Shown piece by piece: positions 34,256 through 45,369 of a stretch of 64,000 bases of DNA. The notes beneath the pieces are model-generated. The model was given only the letters and a program-made list of their open reading frames with translations. It was not told where the DNA came from and searched no databases. A program made the translations under genes and the position numbers. Origin of the DNA: Terriglobia bacterium (GTDB lineage Bacteria > Acidobacteriota > Terriglobia > Acidiferrales > UBA7541). Numbering within the stretch: the first letter of the stretch is position 1; each line of letters starts with the position of its first letter. Location of the stretch: the NCBI GenBank assembly GCA_041490445.1, contig JBGPTF010000001.1, positions 58,442 through 122,441 of the forward strand, in the 5' to 3' direction.

Positions 34256-37200
34256 ATGCAACCTATCCCCGTGGAGGAAACTACAGTGACACTCTCGCCA
34301 GTCGTGGATTCGCACACCGACTCAAGAGGCGAAGCGGCCCAGGTCCGATTCCCAGGCACACCCGCGACAACCGATGGCTCCGGTGCAGTCGTCTGGGTCG
34401 AATCTCACATTTCTCAAGCCGCCTGCGCTTACCCCATCACGCCGTCGACCCCCATGGGCGATGGCTATGCGGTCGAGTATTCGAACGGGAGACGAAATCT
34501 GTGGGGAGAACGGCTCCGCTTTCTCGAGGCGGAATCCGAGCACAGCTCCGCCACCGCCTGCGAAGGATTCGCGCTCGCGGGAGGCCGCGTGACGAACTTC
34601 ACCGCGGGTCAGGGGCTGATCCTGATGAAGGAAGTCCTCTACGTCATCGCGGGGAAGCGTTTGCCCGTTGTATTTCACATCGGTGCCCGCGCGCTGACCT
34701 CGCAGTCGCTGAACATTCATTGCGGCCATGATGACGTGATGGGTGTCGCCGATTGCGGCTGGGGCATTCTCTTCGCTCGCAACGCGCAGGAGGCGGCTGA
34801 CCTGGCGATGATTGCGCGGCGCGCCGCCGAGGAATCCGAAACGCCGTTTTTGAATGTGCAGGATGGGTTCGTCACCACGCACACGCTTGAATCCATTCGC
34901 CTGCCGGAGCCGGAGTTCCTGCGGGAATTTGTGGGCGCGCCGGCAGAACGGTTACGCAAGCTCTTCGATCCGACGCACCCCTTGCAGAGCGGCGTTGTCC
35001 AAAATCAGGACAGCTACATGAAAGGCAAGGTGGCACAACGGTTCTTTTACGACCGCGTGGGGCCCACCCTCGCGCGAGCGATGCTGGAATTCACGGAATT
35101 GACGGGACGGCATCACGATTTCGTGCGCGCCTACCGCATGGACGATGCGGATTATGCGCTGGTTGGCCTCGGCTCGATGATGGAGACGGCTGAAGCGACA
35201 GCCGACGTGCTCCGCAAACGCGGCATCCGCGTCGGTGTCGTCAGCCTGACCAGCTTCCGCCCGTTCCCCGCTCACGCGCTTGTGGAAGCGTTGAAGAACT
35301 GTCGCGCCTTCACGGTGCTAGAGCGCGCCGATGTTCCCCTGGCGGAATCGAATCCAGTCACAACGGAAGTCAAAGCTGCGTTCGCCGATGCCATCTCCGG
35401 ACTGCGCGGCCTGATCATCGAGAAAATGCCTGCCATTTGTTCCGGTGTGGCGGGACTTGGCGGCCGGGCTGTCCGCCCGGGCGACCTCATTGCGGCAGTT
35501 GAAAACATGCTCTCGCCGGCGCCGCGCCGTTTCTTCGTGCTCGGCATCAACCATGAGGACGCCCTCCCCGCCGCGGAAGACCCGGACGTCCGGCCGGTGG
35601 GCGCCTTCTCTCTCCGCGGTCATTCCGTGGGCGGCTTCGGCTCCGTGACAACGAATAAGGTGATCGCTTCCGTCGCGGCGGAGCTGTTCGGACTCTACGC
35701 TCAGGCATTTCCAAAGTACGGCTCGGAGAAGCGGGGGCTGCCGACGAATTACTACCTGACGCTTGCTCCCGAACGTATCCGTACTCATGCCGAAATCAAC
35801 GTGGTGGATTTTGTCGCCATCCAGGACGGGAACGCGTTTCGCGCGGGCGACCCATTAGAAGGCTTGCGAACGGAAGGAATCGTGTATTTGCAATCCGAGG
35901 TTCTACCGGATGCGGTCTGGGCAAGCCTGCCCGATGCGGCGCAACAGACAATTCGGGAACGCAAACTGAAGCTTTTCACGCTCAATGCTTTGCAAATCGC
36001 CCGCGACACCGCCAGCCGTCCCGAGCTGGAAATCCGCATGCAAGGCATCGCATTGCTTGGAGCATTTTTGCGGCTTACGCCGTTCGCTTCGAACGCCAGT
36101 CTCGACGAAGAAGCGCTCTTTTCGGGACTCGAAAAGACGCTGAAGAGGTATTTTGGCAAGCGCGGCGCCCAAGTGGTGGAAGACAATTTGAAGGCCGCGC
36201 GGCGCGGGTTCGAGGAGGTTCACGAAATCGCACCGCGTCCAAAGGAACCTGGAAAGGACGCACGCCCGGAACAACACTGGACGCTTCCCTGTCTTCCGAA
36301 CGATGATCTGGTCGAGTCCGACTTCTGCGAGAAAGTGGTCGGTAGCTACCTGCGTGGGCGCGAGGCTGAACTCGATGCCGATGAATACGTCGCGCGCAGT
36401 CTGATGCCTCCCGGCAGCGCTGCACTGCGCAGCTTCCGATTCCTCGGAGCTGAAATCCCGGAGTTCATCGCTTCCGCCTGCGTCGGGTGCATGGATTGCG
36501 TGAATGAATGCCCCGATACCGCCATCCTCGCAAGAGTGGTGGATCCTGGCACGCTTGACGCTTCTCTCGAGCGCATCGAGCGCGCTGACTTGCGCGAAGG
36601 GCTCCGCGGACATTTCTCGGTCACCAATAAATACAACGATCTTTTCGAGAAGCGCGGTAAGAGAGGTGGCCTGTTCGGCATTTTCGTGGACCCGGACAAA
36701 TGTAAGGGATGCGGCGAATGCGTAGCCGCTTGCGGGACGCACAACGCGCTGCGGATGGTTTCAAAATCGCAGACGGATCTCTCGCACTACGACCTGGCGA
36801 TGGACTTGTTCCATCACCTGCCGGAAACGCCCGCGCGCTTCCTGAACGAGAAGTCCCTGGGCGACATGATGCTGGCCGGACGGTCGCTCCTGTACCGAGG
36901 CGGCGCCGGATCCTGCATGGGCTGCGGCGAAGCCACGGCGATCCGCTTGATGCTAGCTGCGACCGGTTTTGTATACGGGGCCGATCAGATCGGCATCGTT
37001 GCCGCCACCGGCTGCAACACTGTGTTTGGATCAACATATCCGTTCAACCCGTACTCTGTGCCGTGGACGAACTCGCTCTTTGAGAATGCCCCTGCGGATG
37101 CGATGGGCATTCGGTTGCGCTGGGACCAGGAAGGGTATCCCAAGCGCCGCCTGTGGGTGATCGGCGGCGACGGCGCGCTCTATGACATCGGGTTCCAATC

Positions 37201-37840
37201 GCTCTCGCGGATGCTGATTTCCGGAATGGACATCAAAGTCCTTGTTCTGGACACGCAGGTGTATTCGAACACCGGCGGCCAGGCTTCCACGGCGACGTTC
37301 ACCGGGCAGGACGCGAAGATGGGCGCCGTGGGCTCAGCGGAACCGGGCAAACGGGAGCACCGCAAGGAACTTGCGCAGATCGCCATGATGCACCCGGGCG
37401 TGTTTGTCGCGCAAACCACGCCGGCCCACCTCAACCATTTCTACAAGTCCATCATGGCCGCCAACGAATTCCCCGGACCCGCGATCGTGATTTGTTACGC
37501 GAGCTGCATGCCCGAGCACGGCGTGGCGGACGATCGGGCGCTGGCGCAAGCGCGCCTCGCGGTGGATTCACGCACGTTTCCATTGTTGGTGTGTGACCCG
37601 CGCAAGGGCGGCCTCCTGCGCGAGCGGCTCAGCTTGCAAGGCAATCCGGCGATGAAAGAAGACTGGTTTACCGACTCCAAGTCAGGCCAGCCGGTTAATT
37701 TCGCCACGTTTGCGAAGACGGAAGCCAGATTTGCGCGCCACTTTGACGCTGCAGGCCAGCCCGACGAATCCTTGCTCCAGGCCCAGCAGGACCGGCTGGA
37801 AAACTGGCGGCTTTTGCAAGAACTCGCCGGCCTGCGATGA
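34256..37840 (+). CDS. Pyruvate:ferredoxin (flavodoxin) oxidoreductase, single-polypeptide type
   Basis: 1194 aa from MQPIPVEE. AYPITPSTPMG, two ferredoxin CxxCxxCxxxCP clusters (CVGCMDCVNECP, CKGCGECVAAC) and a TPP motif GGDGALYDIGFQSL. Confidence 0.9.
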   Translation: MQPIPVEETTVTLSPVVDSHTDSRGEAAQVRFPGTPATTDGSGAVVWVESHISQAACAYPITPSTPMGDGYAVEYSNGRRNLWGERLRFLEAESEHSSATACEGFALAGGRVTNFTAGQGLILMKEVLYVIAGKRLPVVFHIGARALTSQSLNIHCGHDDVMGVADCGWGILFARNAQEAADLAMIARRAAEESETPFLNVQDGFVTTHTLESIRLPEPEFLREFVGAPAERLRKLFDPTHPLQSGVVQNQDSYMKGKVAQRFFYDRVGPTLARAMLEFTELTGRHHDFVRAYRMDDADYALVGLGSMMETAEATADVLRKRGIRVGVVSLTSFRPFPAHALVEALKNCRAFTVLERADVPLAESNPVTTEVKAAFADAISGLRGLIIEKMPAICSGVAGLGGRAVRPGDLIAAVENMLSPAPRRFFVLGINHEDALPAAEDPDVRPVGAFSLRGHSVGGFGSVTTNKVIASVAAELFGLYAQAFPKYGSEKRGLPTNYYLTLAPERIRTHAEINVVDFVAIQDGNAFRAGDPLEGLRTEGIVYLQSEVLPDAVWASLPDAAQQTIRERKLKLFTLNALQIARDTASRPELEIRMQGIALLGAFLRLTPFASNASLDEEALFSGLEKTLKRYFGKRGAQVVEDNLKAARRGFEEVHEIAPRPKEPGKDARPEQHWTLPCLPNDDLVESDFCEKVVGSYLRGREAELDADEYVARSLMPPGSAALRSFRFLGAEIPEFIASACVGCMDCVNECPDTAILARVVDPGTLDASLERIERADLREGLRGHFSVTNKYNDLFEKRGKRGGLFGIFVDPDKCKGCGECVAACGTHNALRMVSKSQTDLSHYDLAMDLFHHLPETPARFLNEKSLGDMMLAGRSLLYRGGAGSCMGCGEATAIRLMLAATGFVYGADQIGIVAATGCNTVFGSTYPFNPYSVPWTNSLFENAPADAMGIRLRWDQEGYPKRRLWVIGGDGALYDIGFQSLSRMLISGMDIKVLVLDTQVYSNTGGQASTATFTGQDAKMGAVGSAEPGKREHRKELAQIAMMHPGVFVAQTTPAHLNHFYKSIMAANEFPGPAIVICYASCMPEHGVADDRALAQARLAVDSRTFPLLVCDPRKGGLLRERLSLQGNPAMKEDWFTDSKSGQPVNFATFAKTEARFARHFDAAGQPDESLLQAQQDRLENWRLLQELAGLR

Positions 37841-37868
37841 AAAACGTCTGCTCTGAGGGGGAGATTCC

Positions 37869-38783
37869 ATGGAGAACAAGCAAAAGGGGACAACGATGGT
37901 CGTGAACGGCAAGGCGCCGATCCAACTGCAGAAGATACTCTTCGCAACGGATTTCTCTACGGCCTCCGAAACAGCGTTCGGGTACGCCCTGGCAGTCGCG
38001 CGTCATTACGATTCACAGCTATTCGTCGCCCATGTGATTCGTCCCGACGCGTACCAGATGCTGCCGCCCGAAAACTTGCCTGGCGTGCTGGGGCAGATCC
38101 GCCACTACGCGGAACAAGAGATGACCAATCTGCTCGTCTCCGGCCGCTTGCGGGACATCCCGCACGAAATCCTGTTGGAACAAGGCCAATTGTGGCCTGT
38201 CCTTTCCAGCATGATTGAGAAGCACTCGATCGATCTCATCGTGGCCGGTACGCGTGGCCGCACCGGGGCACAGAAAATGTTGTTGGGTTCTGCAGCGGAG
38301 GAGATTTTCCGCCTCGCGCAATGTCCGGTGATGACGGTGGGGCCGGGGATTGCCGGACGCGCACCCCAGGAGGAAGAGTTCCACCGGATTATCTACCCTA
38401 CCGACTTTACGCCTGCGTCGGAGCGCGCCGCGGCTTATGCCCTCTCGCTGGCACAGGAACATCAGGCGCATCTCACGTTGCTGCATGTGGTGAGGGACGC
38501 GGACGATGTCTCCCCCGCAAACCTCTCGCGCATTCGAGAGTTTTTCGTGAAACGCCTCGAGAAGATGATCCCCGAGGAAACCAGCCTCTGGTGCGAGCCG
38601 GAATTCGCCGTCGGCTTCGGCGTTCCGGCCGATGTCGTCCTCGAGATCGCGAAGTCCCAGCAAGCAGATCTAATCGTCCTTGGCGTTCGGGGTGTTGCGG
38701 CTTTCCCCGGCCACTTGCCGCCAGCGACTGCGTACAAGATCGCTTGCCAGTCCCCATGTCCGGTGCTCACGGTGCGCGCCTGA
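37869..38783 (+). CDS. Tandem-domain universal stress protein
   Basis: Two UspA repeats, each with ..ATDFS/PTDFT.. and ..G(T/V)RG..GS.. motifs. Confidence 0.85.
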   Translation: MENKQKGTTMVVNGKAPIQLQKILFATDFSTASETAFGYALAVARHYDSQLFVAHVIRPDAYQMLPPENLPGVLGQIRHYAEQEMTNLLVSGRLRDIPHEILLEQGQLWPVLSSMIEKHSIDLIVAGTRGRTGAQKMLLGSAAEEIFRLAQCPVMTVGPGIAGRAPQEEEFHRIIYPTDFTPASERAAAYALSLAQEHQAHLTLLHVVRDADDVSPANLSRIREFFVKRLEKMIPEETSLWCEPEFAVGFGVPADVVLEIAKSQQADLIVLGVRGVAAFPGHLPPATAYKIACQSPCPVLTVRA

Positions 38784-38982
38784 ACGCGAGCCATCTGAGA
38801 TCACAAAGGGCCCGCACGCGTGAGCGTGTGCACATCGCTTAGAAACATTTCCCGACACAAAGGTCGCCAATCGCAGCGAATTTCGTCGTCCGAGTTGGCG
38901 AACTGACGGCCCTCGCTCCCGACTGTTAGTGGAATAATTGAAACCTGACTGCATTCGAATCCGTACTAACATCGGGAACCTC

Positions 38983-39690
38983 ATGCATCCAGCAAACGAC
39001 GGCCCAGCTATTCGCACCGAACAAGTTTCCCGGCATTACCAGATGGGTGAAGCACTCGTTCGCGCTGTGGACGACGTGACACTCGAAGTCCCCGCCGGGG
39101 AGCTCTTGGCGCTGCTCGGGAGTTCCGGCTCCGGAAAATCCACACTTCTGAACTTGATAGCGGGGCTGGATCGCCCCACCGCGGGCACGATTTTTGCCCA
39201 TGGCCGGAGTCTGGCGGAAATGGATTCGCAAGAGCTGGCGCAACATCGCAGCCACACTGTGGGGATGGTTTTTCAGGCGTTCAACTTGCTTCCGAGGATG
39301 ACGCTCGAAGAAAATATCGAGCTGCCACTGCGGCTGGCTGAGGTGAATCGCAACGAACGCGGGGCGCGTGTGCGCGATGCGCTCGATCGCGTGCGCTTGG
39401 GAAAACGCCTGACCCACCGCCCGGGCGAACTCTCCGGCGGCGAACAGCAGAGGGCAGCGCTCGCGCGCGCGTTGGTGAACCGGCCGACGATTCTTCTCGC
39501 GGATGAACCGACCGGCAATCTCGACAGTGCAACCGGCGAAGAGATCATGTTCTTGCTGCAGGAGATCAATCAATCGCTCGGGATGACGATCGTCATGGTC
39601 ACGCACGAGCGCCCACTGGCGGAACGCTTTGCCCATCGCATCGTCTTGATGGCCGATGGAAAGATGGTGAGCGACGGGGTGAAGCCATGA
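38983..39690 (+). CDS. ABC transporter ATP-binding protein (MacB/LolD/FtsE type)
   Basis: Walker [10 protein letters not shown], signature LSGGEQQR and Walker B ILLADEPT. Confidence 0.9.
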   Translation: MHPANDGPAIRTEQVSRHYQMGEALVRAVDDVTLEVPAGELLALLGSSGSGKSTLLNLIAGLDRPTAGTIFAHGRSLAEMDSQELAQHRSHTVGMVFQAFNLLPRMTLEENIELPLRLAEVNRNERGARVRDALDRVRLGKRLTHRPGELSGGEQQRAALARALVNRPTILLADEPTGNLDSATGEEIMFLLQEINQSLGMTIVMVTHERPLAERFAHRIVLMADGKMVSDGVKP

Positions 39691-41054
39691 AGATCGGCGA
39701 CTTGGCCGAACTTGCGGGACGGAACCTCCGTGAAGCCATCCTGCGGAATTCGCTGACGACGCTGGGAATCGGGGTTGGTGTCGCTTCGCTCGTGGCAATG
39801 CTGTCGCTCGGCGTGGGCCTGCAACAGCTCGCCTCCAGGCGACTCACACGCTCGGGCTTGTTCGACGCTGTCTTTGTCGCCCCGAAAACGAACTTCCGCG
39901 GGTTCGGACGCGCGCCGCGTCCTGCCCCCTCGACGCCGGAGGAAACCCGCCCGCTCGACGAAGCAGCCCGGCAGGAAATCGCGCGCCTCCCCAAAGTCCT
40001 CGAAGTTTATCCGCAGATTCGCTTTCTCACGGACGTGCACTACGCAGACAAGCCTTACGCGACGATCGTCGCGGGATTGCCTGACTCCGCGCGCAGCAAT
40101 GGCTCGTTCGACGGGATGCAAGGCACGTTTTTTTCCGGCCCCAACGCCGACGAGGCCATTCTTCAGATCGAGTTTGCGAAGGAGCTGTCGGATCAGCCAT
40201 CTGCGCTGATCGGGAAAGAAATTGTCCTTCGTTACGCCGAACGGCAAGCACTGGAGGCAAGCACCGGCGCCGCCAGTTCCTCGAACGGAAAAAGCAAGGA
40301 CAATTCTGCCAGCCCCGGCTTCTCGATCATCCCGCGAGAAAGAAAACTGAAGATCATCGGGATCGTCGAAACGGAGCCGGCGGCGGGCTTTGGCGGGTTC
40401 GGCGGCGGCCGCGTGTTCATCCCGCTCGCCGTGGCCGAGACGCTGCGTGTCGCCCAGGTGAACGATCTGCGCGATGCGTTGCGCGAGGCAAGCTCCAAGC
40501 CAAGTTATGGGAACCTGACCGTCCGCGTCGAGAAACCGGCTGACGTGGAGGCCGTCGAAGCCACGATCAAGAAAATGGGCTTCAGCGCTTTCTCGCTGCT
40601 CGACGCCACGCGTAATCTCCGGCTTGTCTTCATGGTCTTCGATCTACTGCTTGGGATTTTCGGCAGCCTGGCGCTGGCGGTGGCTTCTCTCGGCATCATC
40701 AATACACTTGTCATGGCCATCCTCGAGCGCCGCCGTGAAATTGGAATCCTCAAGGCCCTTGGCGCGACCGACGGGGCTGTCAAGCAACTTTTCTTTGCGG
40801 AAGCTGGCGTGATGGGCGTGGTAGGTGGGATGCTTGGCGTGGCCCTCGGGTGGCTGATCGGACGAGCGCTCACTTTCGGAACGAACTTCTACCTGCACCG
40901 CCAGAACCTGCCTTCGGTCGACATCTCTTCCGTGCCGTGGTGGCTCATGGTGGGAGCAATCGCGTTCGCCATCGTCGTGAGTTTGGCCGCGGGACTTTAT
41001 CCTGCTTCGAGGGCTGCCCGGCTCAATCCGGTGGAAGCACTACGGTATGAATAA
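39687..41054 (+). CDS. ABC transporter permease, FtsX/MacB-like
   Basis: N-terminal TM helix, a large periplasmic domain, and a C-terminal FtsX 3-TM bundle (ILKALGAT motif). ATGA overlap with the ATPase gene. Confidence 0.85.
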   Translation: MKIGDLAELAGRNLREAILRNSLTTLGIGVGVASLVAMLSLGVGLQQLASRRLTRSGLFDAVFVAPKTNFRGFGRAPRPAPSTPEETRPLDEAARQEIARLPKVLEVYPQIRFLTDVHYADKPYATIVAGLPDSARSNGSFDGMQGTFFSGPNADEAILQIEFAKELSDQPSALIGKEIVLRYAERQALEASTGAASSSNGKSKDNSASPGFSIIPRERKLKIIGIVETEPAAGFGGFGGGRVFIPLAVAETLRVAQVNDLRDALREASSKPSYGNLTVRVEKPADVEAVEATIKKMGFSAFSLLDATRNLRLVFMVFDLLLGIFGSLALAVASLGIINTLVMAILERRREIGILKALGATDGAVKQLFFAEAGVMGVVGGMLGVALGWLIGRALTFGTNFYLHRQNLPSVDISSVPWWLMVGAIAFAIVVSLAAGLYPASRAARLNPVEALRYE

Positions 41055-41934
41055 GGTCCGCCGCTTCGCGTTCGCGGCGACTTTGGTTTTTCTCTGTCTC
41101 TCCTTCGCGCGACCCCTGTTCGCAGCGGGCCGCGCCGAATGCCTTTCGATGCGCAGCAGGATTCTGAGACGCGCGGTCGCGTTCTGCGTGCTGTTTCCCC
41201 CAAGCTACGATACGGAGAAGGCGCGCCGCTATCCGGTACTCTACTTTCTTCACGGCCTCGGGGATAACGAACAAATGCTCGTCCACCCGGGTGGATTCAG
41301 TCTGCTGGAAGACCAGGGTCACCTGGGCGAATTTCTTGTGGTCACGCCGAATGCCGGAACAAGTTTCTACATCAACTCGCGTGACGGCCGCGTGCGTTAT
41401 GAAGACTTTCTCATCCGGGAGTTCCTGCCCTTTATCGAACACCGGTATCGCACGCAGGCGGGCCGCAAGTATCGCGGCATCGCGGGAATCTCGATGGGTG
41501 GCTATGGCGCACTGCGCTTTGCGTTCCGTTACCCGGAATTGTTCGGGTCGGTGAGTGCCCACAGCGCTGCCCTGATCGAACACTTTCCCGCCATCACCAT
41601 CACCCATCCCGAGCAGTCCCCGCTCTTGCGAATGCTTGGCACCGCCTTCGGTTCTCCGCCCGACCGCCGGTTCTGGGAACGCAACAGTCCGTTCGCGCTG
41701 GCAAGAACAGTTCGTCCAACGGGGCTCAAGATCTACTTCGATTGCGGTTCGGAAGATGAGTACGGCTTTAATGCAGGCGCTCGGGCATTTCACAACTTGC
41801 TGGTGTCGCGCGGCATTCCTCACGACTTTCACCTTTATCCTGGTGGCCATAACTGGCTCTATTTCGCAGAGCACTTGCCAGCCTCACTCCAATTTCATTC
41901 CCATTCGTTTGGCCTCTCCCCTTCCGGCAAATGA
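41047..41934 (+). CDS. Secreted esterase-family alpha/beta hydrolase
   Basis: YPVLYFLHGLGDNEQ and the nucleophile elbow GISMGGYGA. Signal peptide present. 8-nt overlap with the permease gene. Confidence 0.75.
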   Translation: MNKVRRFAFAATLVFLCLSFARPLFAAGRAECLSMRSRILRRAVAFCVLFPPSYDTEKARRYPVLYFLHGLGDNEQMLVHPGGFSLLEDQGHLGEFLVVTPNAGTSFYINSRDGRVRYEDFLIREFLPFIEHRYRTQAGRKYRGIAGISMGGYGALRFAFRYPELFGSVSAHSAALIEHFPAITITHPEQSPLLRMLGTAFGSPPDRRFWERNSPFALARTVRPTGLKIYFDCGSEDEYGFNAGARAFHNLLVSRGIPHDFHLYPGGHNWLYFAEHLPASLQFHSHSFGLSPSGK

Positions 41935-42145
41935 GTCTGCGCCTGGTCCAGACGGGCATGCGCAAGGGTTCGCACCAGCCACTTTTCGAAAAATGAGAAG
42001 GAAAAACAGATTGACCTGGCTTGCCGCGTGGGATTAGATGACAGGGATCGGTGCGCATGAAAAGTGGCCGCGTGAAGCTTCTCAAACCCCGTGATGCTGC
42101 CCAAATCCTGGGCGAGAATTGAATTCAAATGCTGTGGAGGATTGC

Positions 42146-43783
42146 ATGCAACGCCTTTGGGCAGGACTGATTATGCCAGCGCTTATGCTGGCGATTCCAA
42201 CTGTGGCTGGCAATCGGCCATCGAAAGCCGACGAATCGGAAAAAGCGGCAAACGGCCCCGCTCGTCCAGCCACCGCCAGCTCCGCAATCGAAACGGAGCT
42301 CCGGCAATTGCGCGAAGAGATGGAAGCGCAGCGCTCGATGCTGGACAAACAGCAGGCGCGAATCGAGGCGCTCGAGGCTGAGCTTCGCCTCACGCGCCGC
42401 GGCGCAGACTCTCCGGCAGCCGGAGCCAAGGAGGGCTTGGGGACCGCGGCGCCGCAGGCAAGTCAGGATCAGATCGTCCAGCGAGTCGCCAATGTGGAGA
42501 AAGAAATCGAAGGAACAAAGAAATCATTCGAGGAGCGATTGAAGAAAATCGGGCCTTTCTCCTTCAGCGGGGAATTCAGGCTGCGCAACGAACCCTTTTT
42601 CGGCGGGCCGACCGACCAATCGCAGGCGCGCAATCGCTTCCGATTCAAGCTCCGGGTGGATGGGGATGCAAGGCTGAACGATGAAATCAGCGGCGGATTT
42701 TCACTGACTACGGGAGATCTCAACAATCCAATCTCCACCAATCAAACGGCGAATCAGTTTTATACCCGCAAGCCGTTCGATTTGGATCGGGCGTTTATCA
42801 ACTACACCCCGCATTTCCTTGAACCGCTGACTCTGACCGGCGGGAAATTCGCGTACCCCTGGTATCGCACTGAGTTGGCCTGGGACAACGACCTGAACCC
42901 GGAAGGGCTGGCGCAAACGCTTGCGTGGAATCGCGAATCCGCTCGCGGCCTGAAGCGCTTTGCCCTTGTCGGCTTTGAGTTGCCATTTGCCGAAGTCGCC
43001 GGCGTCGCACTCCAGAAAAAGAGCATCGTCCAGAGCGTCGTATACGGAGGCCAACTCCAAACGGAATGGCATTGGACTGACTGGCTGAAGTTCAGCGCGT
43101 ATGCCGGCTTTTACAATTGGCACAATCCGGACCCTGTAGCCCTGGCCGTTGAGACGGCGAATGCCGCGAGCCCAGAACTTGGGCTGCTTAAGCTGAATAG
43201 CAACGGCACCGAGAACTCAACCATCACGACTACGGGCAGTTTTACAGCCACCGGCCAGACCGTGATCACGGATGCCCAGTTCGCGTCGAAATTTGGGATC
43301 TTCGACACGATCGCGCGATTGGACATCAAGACCAGAGCCGAGCGATGGCCGCTCATGATTCTCGGCAACTATGCGCAAAACACTCGCGCCTGTGCAAACG
43401 TGGGGAACATCCGCCCCGCTCCGGCGAACACGCCGACGGAGACATTCTCCCAGTCCACCAATGCGCCCTGCGATCCTCGCCAGCGCCGGGGATACTGGCT
43501 GGAAGCGCGCCTCGGACGCACGCAGGAAAAAGGAGATTGGGACTTCTCTTATACGCGCATCTTCGTGGAGCGGGAGGCGGTGTTGGGCGTCTTCAACTAT
43601 AGCGAAATGCGCCAGGGAACCAATGTGACGCAGCATCGCGTCGAGATGTTCTACCAGGCGTATCGGAACATCCAACTAGGTTTCACGGGCTTGTTCGGGC
43701 GCCCGCTCGTCACCGCGAGCAGCCCGGCACCGGCGGAAAACATTCTGAAGCGCCTGCAATTCGATGTGACCTACAAATTCTAG
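42146..43783 (+). CDS. Outer-membrane porin with N-terminal coiled coil
   Basis: Signal peptide, heptad-like ELRQLREEMEAQRSMLDKQQARIEALEAEL, then beta-strand-rich sequence ending ..FDVTYKF. Confidence 0.55.
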   Translation: MQRLWAGLIMPALMLAIPTVAGNRPSKADESEKAANGPARPATASSAIETELRQLREEMEAQRSMLDKQQARIEALEAELRLTRRGADSPAAGAKEGLGTAAPQASQDQIVQRVANVEKEIEGTKKSFEERLKKIGPFSFSGEFRLRNEPFFGGPTDQSQARNRFRFKLRVDGDARLNDEISGGFSLTTGDLNNPISTNQTANQFYTRKPFDLDRAFINYTPHFLEPLTLTGGKFAYPWYRTELAWDNDLNPEGLAQTLAWNRESARGLKRFALVGFELPFAEVAGVALQKKSIVQSVVYGGQLQTEWHWTDWLKFSAYAGFYNWHNPDPVALAVETANAASPELGLLKLNSNGTENSTITTTGSFTATGQTVITDAQFASKFGIFDTIARLDIKTRAERWPLMILGNYAQNTRACANVGNIRPAPANTPTETFSQSTNAPCDPRQRRGYWLEARLGRTQEKGDWDFSYTRIFVEREAVLGVFNYSEMRQGTNVTQHRVEMFYQAYRNIQLGFTGLFGRPLVTASSPAPAENILKRLQFDVTYKF

Positions 43784-43859
43784 CGTAGGGGGAGGCTGCG
43801 AGTGGGTCGCGCGATTTTGGATTTGGCCAACGAGAACGGAAGCCCTTAGGGAGGTAGGC

Positions 43860-44627
43860 TTGGGATTCTTGCGCGCGCCGATTCTTCTGCTGCTCGCTTC
43901 CCTCTTGCCAGGCACCGCGGCTGCTCAGAGGATCACCATTGCTGCGGCATCGGACCTCCAATTTGCGCTTCCAGAGATCACGGCCCAGTTTCAAAAGGAG
44001 ACGGGGTACACCGTGAGGCTTACGTTCGGATCTTCTGGCAATTTCTTCTCACAGATTCAGAACGGCGCTCCGTTTGATCTTTTTTTGTCGGCGGACCTTG
44101 CGTATCCGAAAAAGCTCGAAGCCGCTGGATTGGCCGAGCCGGGCACACTCTACCGATACGCCGCCGGCAGGATCGTTCTCTGGGTGCCCAAGGAATCGCC
44201 AATTGATACCGACCGAGGATTGCTTGTCCTGACAGAGGCCGGAATTCACCGGATCGCCATCGCGAACCCCCAACACGCTCCCTACGGGCGCGCCGCTGTC
44301 GCCGCCTTGCGACATGCGGGAATCTACGAATGCGTGCGTGGCAAGCTCGTGCTCGGCGAAAATATTTCGCAGGCAGCTCAGTTTGTTGAATCGGCCAACG
44401 CCGATATCGGGATCCTGGCCCTATCGCTCGCGCAGGCGCCTGCTTTGAAAACGAAAGGCCGGTATTTCGAAATTCCAGAGTCTTTCCATCCCCCGATCGA
44501 ACAGGGCGTGATCCTTCTGAAATCGTCACACGAAAAGAAAGCTGCTCAGCAGTTCCTCGATTTTCTGAGGAAGCCTGAAATTGTGAAACTCATGCGGAGC
44601 TACGGATTCTCTGTTGCGGACCGTTAG
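43860..44627 (+). CDS. modA: Molybdate ABC transporter substrate-binding protein
   Basis: TTG start after GGAGGTAGG. ITIAAASDLQFAL, FGSSGNFFSQIQNGAPFDLFLSAD and ANPQHAPYG. Confidence 0.85.
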   Translation: MGFLRAPILLLLASLLPGTAAAQRITIAAASDLQFALPEITAQFQKETGYTVRLTFGSSGNFFSQIQNGAPFDLFLSADLAYPKKLEAAGLAEPGTLYRYAAGRIVLWVPKESPIDTDRGLLVLTEAGIHRIAIANPQHAPYGRAAVAALRHAGIYECVRGKLVLGENISQAAQFVESANADIGILALSLAQAPALKTKGRYFEIPESFHPPIEQGVILLKSSHEKKAAQQFLDFLRKPEIVKLMRSYGFSVADR

Positions 44628-45305
44628 ATGAACTGGCCAGCCATTCTCCTCAGCCTGAAGCTCGCATCGCTGGTGTGCGCAATTCTTCTCACCCTTGGCA
44701 TGCCAATCGCGTATTGGGTGGCGTTTTCCCGATGGCGCTGGAAATTCCTGATTGAGTCCATCGTGGCCTTGCCGCTTGTGCTGCCGCCGACGGTTCTGGG
44801 GTTCTACATTCTCGTCGCCATCGGCACGCGCGGCCCCGTCGGAAGAATCTGGGAATTTCTGTTCGGCCACGGGCTGGCATTTACGTTTGGGGCGCTTGTT
44901 TTTGCCTCGGTGATTTACAGTCTGCCCTTTGCGGTACAGCCGATGGTGTCTGCCTTCTCCCTGGTGGATCGGCAATTGATCGAGGCTTCCTCAGTGTTGG
45001 GAGCGTTCCGGCTTCGGACATTCTTCAAGGTGATCCTCCCTCTGTCCATTACCGGTGTGATCACCGGGGTGGTTCTCAGCTTCGCCCACACCCTTGGCGA
45101 ATTCGGCGTTGTTCTGATGGTTGGCGGCAACATTCCCGGTGTGACGAGAACAGTTTCCATCGCGATTTACGATGAGGTGCAGGCGTTTGACTACGCTGCG
45201 GCAAATCGAACTGCGTTGGCACTTCTTCTGTTTGCGTTTGTTGTGCTGACGATCGTGTACGCGCTGAATCGGAGGATCTGGGCTGTATGGCCGGCAAAAC
45301 GCTGA
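44628..45305 (+). CDS. modB: Molybdate ABC transporter permease
   Basis: Starts 1 nt after modA. EAA-loop region IEASSVLGAFRLRTFFKVILPL. 5-6 TM helices. Confidence 0.85.
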   Translation: MNWPAILLSLKLASLVCAILLTLGMPIAYWVAFSRWRWKFLIESIVALPLVLPPTVLGFYILVAIGTRGPVGRIWEFLFGHGLAFTFGALVFASVIYSLPFAVQPMVSAFSLVDRQLIEASSVLGAFRLRTFFKVILPLSITGVITGVVLSFAHTLGEFGVVLMVGGNIPGVTRTVSIAIYDEVQAFDYAAANRTALALLLFAFVVLTIVYALNRRIWAVWPAKR

Positions 45306-45369
45306 AGGCTCGGCGTCACCACCTGGTGGCGGCATACAGCAAATCCCTGATGACGACCGTCTCGACAAA

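Noticed and set aside
36546-36560. TGGCACGCTTGACGC with correct sigma-54 spacing
   Set aside because: It lies deep inside the PFOR coding sequence and has a poor -12 box (ACGC). It is probably a chance match.
38790-38830. Hairpin GCACGCG-UGAG-CGUGUGC after the Usp gene as a terminator
   Set aside because: It is a 7-bp stem with no following U-run. It is too weak to call.
38926-39798. 290-aa minus-strand ORF antisense to the ABC ATPase
   Set aside because: This is a shadow frame of a gene with clear Walker A/B and signature motifs.
43784-43859. Possible Moco riboswitch upstream of modA
   Set aside because: The intergenic space is only 76 nt, too short for the ~130-nt Moco motif, and I could not see its conserved helices.
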